From NCBI RefSeq assembly GCF_009914755.1, contig NC_060941.1: DNA of 64,000 bases. One strand, given 5' to 3'. The notes beneath the pieces are model-generated. The model had not been told where the DNA came from and did no database searches. It was given only the letters and a program-made list of their open reading frames with translations. This DNA comes from the human T2T-CHM13v2.0 reference genome, Homo sapiens. The position numbers were made by a program, and so were the translations under genes. Positions 44,831-59,237 of this stretch are shown in pieces; the first letter of the stretch is position 1; each line of letters opens with the position of its first letter.

Positions 44831-46832
44831 CCCCTGGGCCCCTGGCCACCGACTCTGAAACCCTCCCCAGCTCCCCTTGGCCTGAGAGTGCCCAGGGAGA
44901 ATCACCACTGGCGACTTCCTATGCTCACATCCTCCCTGGAGGCCCAAAAAGGGAGGAACAGGGAAGAAAATGCTGGAACGAGCTCAGCCCTCCTCTCTGG
45001 ACATCCCCCGCTTCATGTGGGTAGGACCCAGAGGATGACAACGGGCTGCTTGCCAGGATTCGTTTGCTGTGGTGAGGCAGCTGTCACGGTCCCTGCCCTC
45101 TGCCCTGTCCACGGGTCTCCCGAAGAGGTGTCCAGCCTGCCCTGTCATTATTATTTATTGTAATTGCTGCATTTTATTGAGCACCAAGTCTCTGGCGGGC
45201 AGTAGGTATAATGTGATCACATTTAAATCATTGTTAAAAGCTTTGTCATAAGGACAGTCAGTCAGTGAGAAAATCTGATCACAGCAATTTGGAGGCCCCT
45301 AAGACTCAGGACCAGGAGGGGATCCTTGATTTTATACTTTGCAACTGAATGGAACTAACTGTCTCAGAAACTCCAGGTAGCAGGTGGCTGACTTTCAGAT
45401 CTTCCAAGAGCCTCGCGTGCCCATTTTAATGGAGGGACAGCTCGAGTCCAGTTTCCCCAGCCTGAGGAGGCTCTGTAGGCAAGACGCGTGTCATACATGC
45501 CCATCTACTCACATCGAGTCTCTCCTGAGTTTACTGCAGCCACAAAGCCCTCGAAGGCTCCATACACTGACCCTGACCCTCCCTGTGACCCAAGGCCTTG
45601 GCAGATAAGGAGAAGGCCAGCAGGTTTCTGCAAGACGCCTCTGCCCTCCCCACCTGTCTCCTCGGAGCCCCATCTCCACCTCTCTCAGGTACAATCATTT
45701 CTCTGAAGAACCTTCTGGCTCTGGGGAAGTGGCTGAAAGCCTCCCTGGTCAGCAATTCTCACTCCTTCTCTGGCTTCCCACTCTCTCCTCTTTCATCCTG
45801 ATCTTCTCATTGGAAACTCACATCCCACCTGGGCAAAATGAACCCCTGCCAGGCCTTTACCCCTGCAAGGAGGGGAGGCTCCCCAGGGCCACATCCCCTC
45901 CCCTTCTCCCACCTGCCCACGGGCGCTTCCAGAAGGAACCATCTTTAATGGGTGCCCTCACGTCCCTTCCAACCACCAAAGGGGGAAAATATCCTTAAAG
46001 CAGTTGCTTATTAACAGCATCTGGTGGCATTCGCAGCCCAGGACGTGGCAAAATATAGATCAGAGTTGGGAAAGCCGGGAATCACGCTGCCATTTGTCCT
46101 ATTCCAAATGTCATTTTGCGTTCCATCGCAGCATATTACCGAGATGATTAGTGGCATCAAATGACTTCTGAAAAATGATTATGTGCCATTAAAACCATTA
46201 GTCTGTCCGAAACCAGCACAAACAAATGGCAATGGGAGGATGAGTCATTAGCTGGGGAGGCTGGGTGACGAGTAGAGAGCTGCCCTGTGCTGGGCAATTA
46301 GTGAGGCCAACAGGTTGGAGCAGCCAGGGGGGTTGGTGGAGCCCAGAGTTCTGCCCGGGCTGGGGAAGCCCTAGGGCCCCGCGAGAGCAAAGGGCCTGTG
46401 GGGTTCACGCTTCTCCCAGGGAGCATGGATTTGGGTTTGCTTGGAGGGCCCTGCCCTCCCCACAGGCTGAGGGCAGAGACATCACAGCCTTCCCCAGTGG
46501 AGGAACAGGAAAATGAGGCTGGTGCACCTGCAGGTTACTGGAAACAAGATGTGGGAAAAAACAGAGGCAGGGCCGGGACATCACTGCAGGGGTGTAGGAT
46601 GAGCAGGCAGAACTCCACCGCAGAGGCCCCTGGGGGGAATTTTTTAATTGACTCCAGCAAAAAATGACAACAACAACAAAAATTGGCTTGGGAATCACAA
46701 TGTAATTTACGACAACAAGAACACTTAGAGAAGCTATAATTTCAGAGATTAAAAAACATTTTTTGAACATATACTAACAAAATAGCTTTGATGTGACAGC
46801 GAAAGAAAAAAAAACAAGTAAAATGTTTGTCA

Positions 46833-47160
<328 letters not shown>

Positions 47161-47574
47161 TAAAACTAGCTGAGCTCTGACACCAACCCTTGGGGTACCC
47201 ATGGTGTTCCATGTTGAATTCCACTTGTTGGGGCAAAGATTTGGTTTTTAGGAGATGGAAGGAGGGAGGTCCCCTTGTCAGCCCTCCTTGTCCTCCTCCT
47301 CCTCCATCTTCACTTGTGTCTAGGCCCACTCGGTGGGGCCACATCCCTGCAGGGGCCACCTCAAAGCTTCCTGGGCATATTCTACTGCTGGTCACGTTCT
47401 AGAAGTAGTAAGCACCACCCCGCTTTATCTCTTCTTCCCTGCTCCCCTCCCGTCTTTCTTTCCATACATTCAACGATGTGTGTGGACAGCCTGCTCTCCG
47501 GCTTGCCGGGTGTGCAAGCTCAGCCCAGCACTGGCCAGCCCTGCCCTCCAGAAAGGCATCATTTAATCAGAAAG

Positions 47575-47765
47575 CCAGTAACACGGACAGTGGGCTTCAT
47601 TTCCATGCACCAGGCACTGCTGTCATTCACCCTCACCTGTGAGGCAGGTAGGATTCTCATCTGCATTTCACAGATGGGTAAACAGGCCTGGAGAAGCTCA
47701 GTGCTGATGCTGCAGACCCCTGAGCGACAGGAACCCGGGCTGGGACCTGCCTGGTTCCCCGCAGT
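47575..47765 (-). mobile_element. MIR
   Basis: cctgtgaggcaggtagg..catttcacagatgggtaaacaggcc. Confidence 0.7.
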
Positions 47766-49570
47766 CCTTGCATAATCCTGATCTCCCTTCCCCAGGGCAC
47801 CGGAGAGAGAGAGAAGCAGTGATCTATCAGAAGTCCTTCCGAGACTTGCGCATTGCGTTCCAGTGCCGGGCCAGGGAACCCTGCAAACTCTGATAACCAC
47901 CTCTCCATGGCTGTCGAGGGGTGCCAGCATGACCCCACTTACAGGGATTCCAAGCGCCCTCTGTTGTTCCTGGTGGAGAGATCCCGGGAGCCCTGGTGAG
48001 GGACAGGCTAGGGTGTTGCAGTATGGTTTTGTATCCTCGTTTGGAGAGTCTTTAGCGATCACTGAGGCCCCAGGCTCAGCCGTGCAGACTCCAAGCCAGT
48101 GGTCCTCAGCCCAAAGCATGAGAATGTTCTGGGAACCTTTTAACAGTAGCAATGCTGGGACCCCAGCCCTGCCAGGTTGAAGAACCACCAGTCTGTCCCA
48201 CCCCTGCCTGTTACAGATAAGGAAATAAGAGGCTTGCAGAGGAGCGGCAACCAGCCCGGGAGCAAACAGCTGCTCCGAGCTAAAGCAGATCAAGAACCCG
48301 AGGCCTCCGAAAAGCAGCTTCCCATCCTCCTGCCTTCCCTCTCTCGCTCCCACCTGCCACTCCAAGGTAGCAGAGCTGCAGCAGCTTGACCTGGAGACCG
48401 TCCGCCCTGATTGACACCAGTCACAACCCTGGCTGCTCCGAGAGCCTCTGAGGCCCAGCCCCATGACAGCCCGCACCTCTGATTGTTGCTGCCTTTCCAT
48501 CTCCAGAGCCAGAAGAGGCCACCATCTCAAAACGGTGGTGGAACTCCAGGAGCCCATCATCTTGCTCTCCCCTCGGGCCTCACTGGGAATGACGGGCTCA
48601 TTCCAGAGCAGCTCACACATGCTGTTCTTCATCTTTATTGAATTTGGCTTTGCGGTTCTTGCTGCTTTGAGGGGAGGGATGGCTATGACAGCAGCTTGGA
48701 AGTGCTGGGCTGAAATCATTTTCCACCCCCCGGCCCACCCGTTCTATTAGAAAAACATGAAATCTCTTCCTTCCCTTTATTTATTTTATGTGTTTCCTTC
48801 TTGCTAAGACAGAGAGCAAAGTGATGTGGAACGAAGGCTGTTAGCGTCCCAGCCACACAGGTAATGAATGCTTATGACGTTAGTTTGCTGAAGTACATGT
48901 CCAGCTGCTAAGAAAGATCCAACGTAGCCATTTGTGTGACCCTGGCTTCCAGACCTGGCTGCCTTTACCTACTCCTTTTTGACTCGAAAAATTAGTAAGA
49001 TACGTAACAGCCTGGAAGTTCTTCAAGGTGTCTAACTTCAGTCTCTCCTACTGCAGTTCAGTCTTTTTGAGTCAAACCAACACACATTCTCCCTGCAAAG
49101 GCTGATGATGCGCAAGAATATTACCAGCCATCTCTCTTCCAGCAATAATTAGTCACAAGCAGCCCCCTACTTGGTTTGGGACACTGATTTCAAGGCCTGC
49201 CATCTGGGAAATGCTGAGACAGCATCTGGGGTGCCCAGCAGCTCAAAGCACTCTGTAAACATGTTGACACTTTCTCCTTGTCTACGAAACTTTCCTCAAG
49301 AACAGCCCAAGGACATGCATGGACACAGTTGGAACAATCAGATCCCACAACCTCCATACAGACTCTCCCGTGGCTCTCAAACGCTGGGGTACATCAGAAT
49401 CACCACTGACTCAGTGGCTGTTATGAACTGAATGTGTGTGTCCCCCCCCCAGATTCATATGTTGCATCCTGGCCCCCAGTGTGCTGGTATTTGGAGGTGG
49501 AGTTTTTGGGGGGATAATGAGTTAAAGTCATGAAAGCCAGGCCCTCATAACGAGATCAGTGCTCTCATAA

Positions 49571-50135
<565 letters not shown>

Positions 50136-50644
50136 TCTCCCCCTCTCTTTCTCTTCCTCTCTCTCTGTCCCTCTCTCTCTCTCCTTATTTCTCTCTCCCC
50201 TTCTTTTTCCCCTTCTCTCTCTCTCTCCCTCCCCATCCCACCCCACCCCACCATGTGAGGACATATTGAGAAGGCAGCCCTCTACAACCTTGGAAGAGAG
50301 CATCCCCAACCCCCGACCATGCTGGCTCCCTGATCTCAGGCTTTCAGCCTCCAGAACAATGAGAAAATCAATGCCTGTTGTTTAAGCCCCAGTCTGTGGT
50401 CTGTAGTTACAGCAGCCCTAGCTGGCTGAGACAGCAGGTCTGGGGTGAGCCTGGGGATCTGTGGTTGCTGGCAAGACCCCAGGAGACACTGATGCTGATG
50501 CGATTGGCCCATGGACTGACCACACTGCGAAACACGGATCCAGGCTCCCCAAATAGGGACCCTCGTCTTGAGTTGGCTGCTGTGTGCCTGAGACATTAGG
50601 CCAAGGGGAGGAGCCTTCCAGGTGGAATCTGAAGAGCTCGCAGA

Positions 50645-50830
50645 CTTTGGAGTGTGACAGACCTGGGCCGAATGCTGCCCTGTGACTTCCCAGCAGTCAC
50701 TTACCATGCTGCCTTTCCCATCTGTTAAAGGGGCATGAAGACACCTCCCTCCAAGGCTGGCACCGGATGGGATACTGCATGGGCACAGTGCCTCGTGCAG
50801 TGACGACACTGTTTCAGGGTAGGTTTGCTT
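50645..50830 (+). mobile_element. MIR
   Basis: actttggagtgtgacagacctggg...gcctttcccatctgttaaagggg. Confidence 0.65.
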
Positions 50831-51350
50831 GTCTGTTGTTTTGGGGCTGAGAGGAGGGAGACGGGAGAAGGTGGTCTTCAGGAGCTTGGGGCCATATTGC
50901 CTAGGTGCTTCCATCACCCGCTTCCTGATCCTGGAAGCCCTACAGTCCCCACACGTCATCCCTTACATCAGTTCTTCAGTGGAACCATCCAGAGGCACAG
51001 GCACCTGCCCCTTCTGCAGAGTCTCCCCTGACCACCCAGCAACTGGGAGACAGGCACAAGGCATGGGGAAGGGGGTGTGAACTGCAACTGGGCAAAACCC
51101 AGGAGAGAGACCCTGTTCATCAAGGGGTTCACCTGCCTCCAGCCCCCATACAGAGGGGAAAAGCAAAGAAAGGCATCCTCGGCCAGCTGGGCATTCAGAA
51201 AGACTGGCCAAGATATCTGTCCTGTGGGTAAGAGGAGAAGGAGGTGCAAAGATCTCTAGTATGCCTCCTGGAGGGTGAGCTCAGTGCAGACCGCAGGACA
51301 GCCTGGGCTCTATGAAGACAGGGCCTTGGACCAAGGCTTTGGTACATGTG

Positions 51351-52295
51351 GTGTATTGGTTACCTGTTGCTATGGAATATGGCTTGGATGTTTTGTCCCC
51401 TCCAAGTTTCATCTTAAAATGTAATCCCCATGTTGGAAGCTGGGCCTTGTGGGGGTATTTAGGTCATGGGAGTGGGTCCCTCATGAATGCCTTGGTGCCC
51501 TCCCTATGGCAATGCGTGAGTTCTTGCTCTGCTGATTCACTGGAGAGCTGGCTGTTTAAAAGAACCTGGCTCCCTCTCCTCTCTCTTGTTCCTGCTCTTG
51601 CCATGTAACATGCTGGCTCCCTGTCACCTTCTGCTGTGATTGTAAGCTTCTTGAGGCCACACCAGAAGCCAAGCAGATATTGGCACCATGCTTCTCATAT
51701 TGCCTGCAGAACCATAAGCCAATTAAACCTCTTTTCTTAATAAACTACTCAGCCTCGGGTATTCCTTTGTAGCAACACAAATGGCCTAATACACTGTTTG
51801 ACAAGTTACCACACAGTTAATGGCTTAAAACAACACATCATTTTGATCTCACAGTTTTTGTGGGCCAGCAGCCAAGGCATGGCTCATCTCGGTCCTCTGT
51901 CTCAGGGTCTCTCACAAAGCTGCAGTCAAAGTATCAGCTGGGGCTGGGGTCTCATCTGAAGGTTCAAGTAGGGAAGGACCCACATCCAAGCTCACATGAT
52001 TATTGGCAGGATTCAGCTGCTTGAGGGTTGTCAGAATAAAGGTCCCAGCTCCTGGCCATGTGGGCATCTTCAGTATGGCAGCCTGAGTCATCAAAGCCTG
52101 CCAGCCAAGAAGGCAATAGAAAGACTCTGTAACATGACAGAAGTTATTCTCTCTTGTAACTTAATCACAGAAGGGACATCCCATTACTTTTTCCATATTC
52201 TATTGGTTAAAGGCAAGTAGCTGAGCCCATACCCAAGGGGAGAGAATTGCACAATGAATTTCAGGAGAAAGGGGTGATTGGGCATCATTGTAGAG
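51351..52295 (-). mobile_element. MLT1E/F LTR split by an MSTB
   Basis: tgtattggttacctgttgct|...ggcttaaaacaaca...tctcatctgaaggttca...gaagggacatcccattac. Confidence 0.8.
51375..51793 (+). mobile_element. MSTB-like MaLR solo LTR
   Basis: tatggcttggatgttttgtcccctccaa...caccagaagccaagcagat...ctaataca. Confidence 0.9.
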
Positions 52296-52996
52296 TCTCC
52301 CTGGCACAAGTTTATTTACAGGTGTGTCCTCAGGGAGCAGCAGGGAAGGAGAAAAAGACAACTCAAAGATGTGCTGTTTGGAATTGGCCGTGGCTACAGG
52401 CACCCAGTGCTCAATCCTGTAAAACTAGGGGAACATTTTTTTGCCCAGGGAACAAAAGGGGAAAGAATTTAACCATCAATCAGCTACTGACCCCTGAGGT
52501 CAAGGGTGGCTCCACTGCTATTAACTTCCCCATGCTTCCAGGCTGCATGTGCAGGGTTCTAGAGCAGGCTCCTAGGACAGCCCACACCATGCTGTCAGAA
52601 AGGAACAGGATACAAGGGGAGTCCGGGATGGGACAGGTGCTGAGAAAGGCAATTGGAGCTCGCATAGAACTGGTTGCTGCCTCAGTAGCTGAAGAAAGAG
52701 GTCCCCAGAGAACTGAAGCCATGTATGAGACATGTCTGATACAAACCCGTCCCCAGGTGTGTGTGTTTACACAGGCCTCCACCTGGGAGACAGAAGGCAC
52801 TGCCTCCCTGTGAGCTTGGGGAAAGCTAACACAATGGGGCCACATCCAAATTTAACATTTTCTTCCAACGAAATGTAGCTCTTTGGCTGACCTTTTTCTG
52901 TTGATGGCACCATCATCTTCCTCTCCCAGCTTCACCTCAAAGTCGATCACCTCCGTGGATTCTTTGTTCTCCTTTGCAATCCATGCCTTATGGGGT

Positions 52997-53111
52997 AGGA
53001 CTGACCAGTCATGTAACTTGAGGACTCAGTGCAAAGTGAAAATAAGGGGCCTCTTCCAAGCATGTGGACCAGTGCGACTGCACAGGTTGCACTTCCCTGA
53101 AGCCAGCCCTG
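52997..53111 (-). mobile_element. MER45A-like MITE with internal deletion
   Basis: cagtgcaaagtgaaaataagggg...gtgcgactgcacaggttgcac...tgaagccagccctg. Confidence 0.75.
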
Positions 53112-53499
53112 CCTGCAGGATCTATAACTTCAGGAGATTCTCCAGTCACATCCTTAGGCTCTTAGCATTCTCTGCTGTGCCTTTCCTCTTGGCACCCCCA
53201 CCAACTTATGACTAAAGAGTTTTCTATGCTTCTGTGGCCCTGAAAGAATGAACTTCATCCAGGACCCTGAAGGTGACCTGTTAGTCCTGCTGCAAACTCC
53301 ATTTGCCATAATGATCTGCCCGAAACGCCACCCTAACTCCTCCCTGCACAGGAGAAGAGTGAGTGAGTGAGTCTGTGGAGATGGGGTATGTAGTGTGCAA
53401 CCTGCATAGCTGTGCTTAGCAACCTGGAGTCAAAGGGGGACTTGCCAAGAACTAAAAATGGGGATAAGGGGGTCTTGCCACCTTATGTGCCCAGTACTA

Positions 53500-53780
53500 G
53501 TCATAAGAACTGACTCTCATATATCACTTACTATGTTCCAAGTGATGTTTAAGCTCTTTGTACATATTAATTCACTGATTTCATTCTCACAGTCATCTTA
53601 TGAGACAGTTACTCTTTTTATTCCCATTTTACCGAAGAAGCACTGAGGCAGAGAAATGTAAAAACAAAACAACAACAACAAAACACTTTCCCAAGGCCAT
53701 GAGACCAGTACCAGAGCTGAGAATTGAGCCCAGGCAGTCCAGCTCTCAAGTCCATTTCCCTAACCACTAACCATACTGAA
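53500..53780 (-). mobile_element. MIR
   Basis: cacttactatgttccaag...attcccattttacc...actgaggcagaga...cccaaggcca. Confidence 0.8.
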
Positions 53781-53981
53781 AGTGAGAGCCTTAGCTATTG
53801 GAGAGATCAGGCGTGTGTAGAGAACCTTCAGAAGCCTGACTACCTGATGATGTTATGCACTGTTTGTGGCTTGGAGAGAAAGGTGTGCATCTCATTTGAT
53901 TTTTTCCTTTACTTTTTGTTGAAATTACTTTGGGAAAGTCTAGCCTATATCAAGAAAGAGACAAATGGGCAAAGGGAGGGA

Positions 53982-54021
53982 GATGGATGGATGGATGGAT
54001 GGATGGATGGATGGATGGATG
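53982..54021 (+). repeat. (GATG)10 microsatellite
   Basis: Read directly. Confidence 0.98.
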
Positions 54022-55405
54022 CAGAGATATAGAGAGATATAGATTGTGCAAAATCCAGATTATAAAGAAAGGGAAGGGGGCTGGGAAAGGGTGGACCCCT
54101 AAGCCAGGCTTAACAGCAGCTGTAGAGAACAAAATAAAAGTAAAATTAACCAACCTCCCAAATCAGTCAAAATCCTACCTGATTTCTAAGGCTCAACAGA
54201 ATTATGTTCCCAGGAAGCCCCTGTGAATCCGATGTGAGATCTGTCTAAGAAGAAGTGGGAGGCTGTGGTGATTGCACTGTTTGTCTCTTTCTAGAAGAAA
54301 GGACTGTACACCAGGGCCTGATACCCTCCTGAGAGGTTGTCCTGACCAACAGGGCAGCTGCATTGCTGGGGAGGCAGCAAGCTGGTAAGGTCTCACTTCC
54401 CAGAGCAGCAGCTGGTGGGTTGCCATGGGTTCAGGAGTCCTTGCTGACATAGAGTGGTTGCCTTGGGGACGTTGAAAGAGGCAGCCTTCCTGGCCAGCCC
54501 TGGTGAGCAAAGGAAAAACATCGGGGTGGGGATAGTAAGAGGAGGATCACAGGCCTTGTGGAGCAGCCCACAAAATCCCTCACACTAGTACTTTATTGCC
54601 TATAAGAGATGTGCTGTCTACACAAACTCCCACTAGCTAAGTAGCAGGGAGAAAGCAGTGGGGGTGAGGAGGAAAGTACTTGATTGCAACCCCATGCATT
54701 AATCTCCATCCAATTCAGTCACTTGGGTTTGAGTCTCTTGGAGCCTGAGTGGATGAATGGACTGAGGGCAGACCTTGAGATGTGTGCCACATGGGATTGG
54801 GTGTCAGTGGGGAGGAGCATAGCTGGCTGTGTTCTCCAGCCAGGAGGGACAGCTGCCCCATACCTCCTGTGACTTCCACAGTCCTGTGTCTTGCCTGACA
54901 AAGTCCCTAGGTGGTTTGCCTGGCCATCATTTGTCATTTGCCCTTGCAGCAAGTCACAACGTGGTTTCTCTGACTGCTCAAGACTCAAAGCCCTCTTCCA
55001 CCACACTCAAGGGGTGCTGAAGGTTAGGAGAGCAGGACCCCAGGCTTTTTGCAGGATGACCTCAACATTGCCCAACCTGTTAAAAAAAAAAAGACGACTA
55101 ACCACAATGACTGTCCTCCCCAGTAGCCAGCTTCTCAGCAATCCGTCAGCTACTCTAACAAGTATAAACTGAGGTCAGCTTGGGGATGGAAATGTTCAGG
55201 CCTCCTTCAGCCCAAGCAGGCTGAGCATGTGAGATGTGACCACACTCCACCTGTAGCTGGGCAAAAGCTTTCCCCTGCCCCTCAGGTCCCATAACCTCCT
55301 AGCAGGCTGGTCTCAAGGCCACCTCCAGACCTCCCACCTCCCAAGGCTCAGGGAAGAAAGCACAGCACCTCCCTCTCTATCCTTCTCCCTCCCTTCCTCC
55401 CCCAC

Positions 55406-55487
55406 AATCACATGAGCTTAGATGTGGATCTTTCCCCAGTTGAGTCTTCAGATGAGACCCCAGCCCCAGATAATACCTTGACTGTAG
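55406..55487 (+). mobile_element. Isolated MLT1E/F fragment
   Basis: Reverse complement is 69/82 identical to 51920-52001. Confidence 0.7.
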
Positions 55488-56589
55488 ACCAGCAGAGGTG
55501 GCCTCTTCCTCCCCACAACTGCTCCCTCTATGTAACCAAGAGGCAAGGCCTAAGCAGGGCAGGAGAGGGTAGGGGAACTGGAGCAACACATCAAAGCCAG
55601 TCTTGATCTGTTAAATAGGAGCTAAAGAAACTTGGAAAAATTTTTTCCTCTCCTATTATTTTGCCAAGAAATCTCATTTTGAATATCAAAAGCTGAACGT
55701 TAGCTCCCTTCTTCTTTCTGCTCTCCTCTGTAGCAACCTCAGTCTTTTTCCTCAAGGCCGCTGGATGCTGATTTAGGCTAAGAAACAAAGGGAAAAGTCT
55801 CATTAATACTTTTCAAACGATTGCTCTCTTTCTCAGGTCAAAGCCAGGGAGAGTGAAAACTAGGAACAGTTAGAGATAAAATTTGCTGGACTATGTATTA
55901 GATCTAGAAGGCTGGTCTAGCACTTTACTGCTGCCTCAAAGCAGTTACATTCCTGATTTGACAACCAGCACACAGCCTGCTCTTCCTTTGAGCAGGGCAG
56001 ACCCCATTTTATGAGTGCACCAAGGTTTCTCCAGGTGGAGGGAACAGACTCAAGCTAACCAAGTGGTTGCATGGCTGATGAATAATCTAGGGACTAGCTA
56101 AGAGTTGCAGCACAGAAGATGCTGAACAAAGAGCCAGATGATCACATCTGCCCAGGGCAAAGCAACACCTCCCCGGGAAACAAGCCGACACACCCAGATT
56201 TGCACTTCTCTTCTTTTCCTGGCACCTCACTGACCGTCCCCTCCTTCATCCTGACGAGGGCAGACGCAGCCATCTCCATGCCAACATACTCTCACCACAC
56301 TGAAACGTCTACATGTGCAGTTTTTTCCCATGTCAATTGCACTCTGGGTTGGATGTGTCCAGTGACAGCTGCAGAGGTGCTGAGTGCACGGGTAGGTGAC
56401 AGGCAGCTCGGCCCAGGAAGGTCTCCTCTCCTCTCTGTTCCCATCCATGTTAGCCTTAGAAAGCACATCCTGTCTGTTGTCCTTCTCCCTATGTTTCGAC
56501 ACCTATGCTACCTCTGCTGACTGAGTTACCAATAACCAGGATTAAACATCACCATCCCTGCAACAATGCCAGCTCCTTTTCCTTAAGCA

Positions 56590-56750
56590 GCTTCTCTGTG
56601 CCCAGGTGGAGGCTGGATGCTTTCCATATAGTTCTTAGAAATACTCAGGCGTACTCTTAGGTGTATAATGTTACTCCCATTTCATAGATGTGAAAACTGA
56701 GACCAGGATAGAAAAATAGCTGGATCAAGGTCACACCACTAGGAGACGGG
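56590..56750 (-). mobile_element. MIR
   Basis: ctcccatttcatagatgtgaaaactgagac...caaggtcacac. Confidence 0.75.
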
Positions 56751-56790
56751 ACCGTGGTACCTACTTTTTGGTCTGCTTAGGAAACTTTCC

Positions 56791-57217
56791 TATCAGAAGT
56801 ATTAAAAGATAATTTTCCTAAAACAGGTGAGATCATGACTCTCATACTTTAACGTGTTAAAGATTTTATTTGACTTAATGAGGGAACCAGGCAGACGTTA
56901 ACAAAGGAGAAATCTGAAAAGCAGAAATTTATAGGGAGTAAGGAAAGTGGAAATGAATTTACAAATAGACTGAAACTGGCTTTTTCCTTAGGGAAGAGGG
57001 TAGTCAATTGAACCGCTGGACAGGATTTATTTGCATGTCTATAGACAAGAATTATTTTGCATTGCTATCAGTTATGTACAACCTACAGAGCCATAAAATA
57101 GCTCAAAGACCCTGAAAGGCTAAAATCAGATAACATGCAAAGGTATGCTCAAAACAACCTAGTTTTCCATCGGCGACACCTAGTGATCTTTTTTGCTTAT
57201 TCCAAATTTCCTTACAG
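56791..57217 (-). mobile_element. Probable ERV1 LTR (LTR37-like; family uncertain)
   Basis: AT-rich block with a reverse AATAAA (ttttatttg), a reverse TATA-like tttatagg and a ttaca end. Confidence 0.4.
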
Positions 57218-57339
57218 GGGCAAGTCCTTGGCCAGATCTAGGTGATCCTGGTAACTTACAGAGAAAATCATCTCAGCTGATGTGGTCTGGCTAAGGCTGC
57301 CAGTCACATAGAGGAAAAAGAAAAGGCAGATCCCCAGTG

Positions 57340-57570
57340 TTACTCAGCATCTACTACATGTCAGGCACTGCTTCAAATGCTTGGCATATACTAATTCATT
57401 CAATCCTCACAATAACCTATGAGAAAGGCTTCGTTGTTGCTCCATCTTATGGATGAGGACAAGAGTATCTGGCCAGCTAAGGAACTTGTCCAAAGTCACA
57501 CTCAAAGCCAGATGCAAACACGGAAGTCAGATGCCAGAGCTGTTGCTTAAAGCTCTGTGCCATCCTGTCT
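57340..57570 (-). mobile_element. MIR
   Basis: tgtcaggcactg...ttcattcaatcctcacaataacctatgag...aacttgtccaaagtcacac. Confidence 0.85.
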
Positions 57571-58831
57571 TACGGAACAACCTGGAAAGAAAAGCAGAGA
57601 GAAATAATGATGGGCAATGACAGAGCAAGATTGCAGATGGGGCTGGGGGTGGGTTCTAGCCCCTATGGCTCTGGAACCTTTAGGAGGTTCTAGAAGGTTC
57701 TAGAGCCTTTCTTCCCTTGGATTCCTCAAGCAACCTCAGCATCCTTTTCCGGGTACCAAAGACAGTATCTCTGTATCCTTCTGGTGCTTAAGCTCCTTTG
57801 AGTTGTACTTTTATTTTTTCATAAAGAATCTTGACTTACACATCTATTAAGTGACAGAACTGAGTTTCAAACCCTCATGTGCCTAAACTGCATAGCTGCG
57901 TCTCTCAGTTTTCTCACCTGGAAATGGGACTATTCTAGTACCCACCCTGCTGGATTATTGTGACAGTTGGGTACACTGATTCAGTAAAGCTCTGAAACGA
58001 ATGCCTGGCAGCTAAAGGTACTCAAGTTATTAAGTCAGTGTTATCATCAGCTCCATTTTGCAGATCAGTACACTGGGACAAAAGATGTTATGGACTTTGT
58101 CCAAGATCACTCACCTGGCACTATTTATGAGCAAATGGCAGAGCCAGAAATTGAAACCAAGCAGTCAGCAGAGCCTGTCGGCTTCACGTCGACCCTGGGA
58201 GGGCCCTGAAGAAGTCATCTGCCCCCACCATGCCCCCGTTCTGTCCAGAGCTGAGTGGGTGTTCCGGGAGCCTGGGTCAGGCTTCCAGGGCAGAAGGACT
58301 CCCAGAGCTGGAGCTGGCTCCTTTCTCAGCTTGCTTGTGAAAGAACCACAGGCAGGTGGGGCCTCCCAGCTCTGAGCTGCAGCGGCCAGGTGAGCACAGT
58401 GCTCTGGGGCAGTGGCTCCCACTGAGCCAGGGTCTTATGCAAATGCACCTGCTCCCACCCACCTACCCAGGTGCCTGTGGAGGCGCCACCATATCTCTCT
58501 ACTTGCGCTGTCTCCAAGTCGTCTTCCCTGCCGTCTCCACCATATGGAGGCATAAATCCAGTTAATGTGTCCAAAAAAGAAAAATCAAAATGTCAGATCT
58601 GCAGAGATGGTTCAATTGAAGGAATATTGATTGTCACAGAGAATAGTCTCACTTTATTCACCTACTTAGTCTGCTCCCCTAGGCGCATATGAATTCATCA
58701 AATATCGTCACAGCGCATAATAACGTTCATTCCCGCATTGTTGTGACTGCTTGGGCTTTGGTCCTGCTCACCGTGCCTGACTCAGGTGGGGTAAGGCCAG
58801 GGGAGGGTGGGAAGGGAGAGGAGGGGTTTGC

Positions 58832-59237
58832 TGACATGGTTTGGATGTTTGTCCTCTCCAAATCTCATGGTGAAATGTGATCCACAATGTTGGAGGTGGA
58901 GCCTAATGGAAGGTGTTTGGGTCCTGGGGGCAGATGCCTCCTGAACGGCTTGGTGCCCTCTCTGTGGTAATGAGTGAGTTCTTCTTCTACTAGTTCACAG
59001 GAGAGCTGGTTGTTTAAGGAACTCCTCCCCTCTCTCTCGTTCCCCTCTCACCATGAGACATGCCTTCTCCAACTTTGCCTTCCACCATGAGTAAAAGCTT
59101 CCTGAGGCCTCATCAGAAGCCAAGAAGATGCTGGTGCCATGCTTCCACAGCCTGCAGAATGATGAGCCAAATAAACCTCTTTATAAATTACCCAGCCCCA
59201 AGTATTCCTTTATAGCAACATGAAATAGATGAATACA
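58832..59237 (+). mobile_element. MSTB-like MaLR solo LTR
   Basis: tgacatggtttggatgtttgtcc...ccatgagtaaaagcttcctgaggcctc...gtattcctttatagcaaca...aataca. Confidence 0.92.

Noticed and set aside
47559-48719. Longest ORF (386 aa, minus strand)
   Set aside because: No recognisable domain, no true ATG context evident, and its C-terminal part runs through a MIR; consistent with a chance open frame in GC-rich DNA.
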